From: Squalus acanthias
Taxonomy: Eukaryota
Assembly (NCBI GenBank): GCA_030390025.1
Contig: JASTWF010000034.1
Span: forward strand, 4,650,001-4,714,000
Direction of reading: 5' to 3'
Length of the DNA stretch: 64,000 bases
A program made the position numbers and the translations under genes. Below are positions 62,689 to 64,000 of the stretch, piece after piece. How positions within the stretch are numbered: the stretch's first letter is position 1; the number at the start of each line of letters is the position of its first letter. The notes beneath the pieces were generated by a model that did no database searches, had not been told where the DNA came from, and saw only the letters and a list, made by a program, of their open reading frames with translations.

Positions 62689-62929
62689 TTGTTCCAGCCT
62701 GGATGGTGTGTGACATGAAGTTGGAACTTGGTTGTGATGTTGTTTTGTGCGACAGTCCGAGCCGAACTCTAACCCCTCCCTGTGCCCCTTGATGCCAATA
62801 GTAGAAATTCACCTTTGACCCTGGGGATGAGACATACTTACGGTAAAATACTAAATACAAACAAAGTAACGTTTGGCATTTTCGGGATGCAAATCCTTTA
62901 CTGGACACTTGGCAATGTGTTGGGGCTCA

Positions 62930-63060
62930 ACACGGGGATGAGAATTATAAAATCAAAGCATTGCCGGACCGGGAGCCAATGTAGGTCAGCGAGCACAGGG
63001 GTGATGGATGAACGGGACTTGATGCGAGTTAGGACACGGACAGCAGAGTTTCGGATGAGA
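62930..63060 (-). mobile_element. L2 internal fragment
   Basis: RNSAVRVLTRIKSRSSITPVLADLHWLPV. Confidence 0.85.
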
Positions 63061-63587
63061 CAGAAATGCTTGTAATTAATTTTAGATACAACTCTTATAT
63101 CTCCCCACCCCTCGAGCAATCTGTCTCGGATGATAACAAATGTCTCTGAATGGGTTCAAGCCGAGCCCTTGAGCAAGTCTTAGTCCAATTCACCAGCACG
63201 CTGTGACATTTGATATTTGCCGATGTCTACTGACAGGAGCCGAGAAATTTGTCTCGGGCGTGGGTTAAACGGGTGGTATCGGATCGGGCGCCCGTTACAC
63301 GCACCGCCTGATATTCAGTTCCACTGCACTCAATGACGGGTTTCTTGTCCTTGGGCTTCGATTCTTCACACTACTTTTCCAGCAAAGCTTTCTCCGTAAC
63401 TCAGTGAAGTGACTTCAGTGTCAAAGAACTAATCTCAGTGATCCTGCACCATCAACACCCCTGTGGTAACAAAATCCATGGGCCCCTGTTTAAAAAAAAA
63501 ACACATCCATTCCAACACCTCTTAATTGTATAACATGCGATGAACACCTAAACAAGAGCCACAGTCAGTGACAAAAAACATTCACAA

Positions 63588-64000
63588 AGGCTTTTTAGAG
63601 AGACAGGACCAGTCAGACAGGCTTTCTAAAGAGACAGGAGCAGTCACACAGGCTTTTTAAAGAGACAGGACCAGTCGCACAGGCTTTTTAGAGAGACAGG
63701 ACCAGTCACACAGGCTTTTTAAAGAGACAGGACCAATCACACAGGCTTTTTAGAGAGACAGGTCCAATCACACAGGCTTTTTAAAGAGACAGGACCAGTC
63801 ACGCAGGCTTTTTAAAGAGACAGGACCAGTGACGCAGGCTTTCTAAAGAGACAGGACCAATCACACAGGCTTTCTAAAGAGACAGGGCCAGTCACACAGG
63901 CTTTTTAAAGAGACAGGACCATTCACAGAGATTTTTAAAGAGACAGGGCCAGTCACACAGGCTTTTTAAAGAAACAGGACCAGTCACACAGGCTTTTTAA
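63588..64000 (+). repeat. 31-bp minisatellite (AGGCTTTTTAAAGAGACAGGACCAGTCACAC), runs off window end
   Basis: Directly visible 31-bp period. Confidence 0.97.

Noticed and set aside
63240..63340. Possible MITE fragment (also ~8000-8125 and its mirror)
   Set aside because: Too short and degenerate; no termini or TSD could be defined.

Overview
This is eukaryotic, repeat-dense vertebrate DNA, most likely from a cartilaginous fish (shark). That inference rests on the CR1/L2/Penelope retroelement set, an HE1/V-SINE-type element, a shark-type C2H2 zinc-finger exon and a GPR139-like first exon. The dominant structure is a giant inverted duplication: 1-18141 is mirrored by about 22630-40887. The left arm is cut by the window edge, and the arms show roughly 95% identity by spot hand counts. 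The ~4.5-kb spacer is a Penelope-like element interrupted by a CR1 LINE, which itself carries a SINE. Each arm carries a 5' promoter/exon cassette of an unidentified gene, a zinc-finger pseudogene, a CpG-island promoter, a solo Penelope terminus with a hammerhead-ribozyme motif, a defective Harbinger transposon and several minisatellites. Arm identity is uneven: one 305-bp tract is nearly identical and the innermost ends are much more diverged. Right of the palindrome lie a third, frame-intact copy of the unknown exon cassette, a 47-bp satellite born from a CR1 reverse-transcriptase motif, a young CR1 fused in frame to an older CR1 fragment, and exon 1 of a GPR139-like receptor with a triplicated splice donor. 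There are no prokaryotic features, rRNA, true tRNA or CRISPR. All boundaries and identities are by eye; nothing was aligned computationally.
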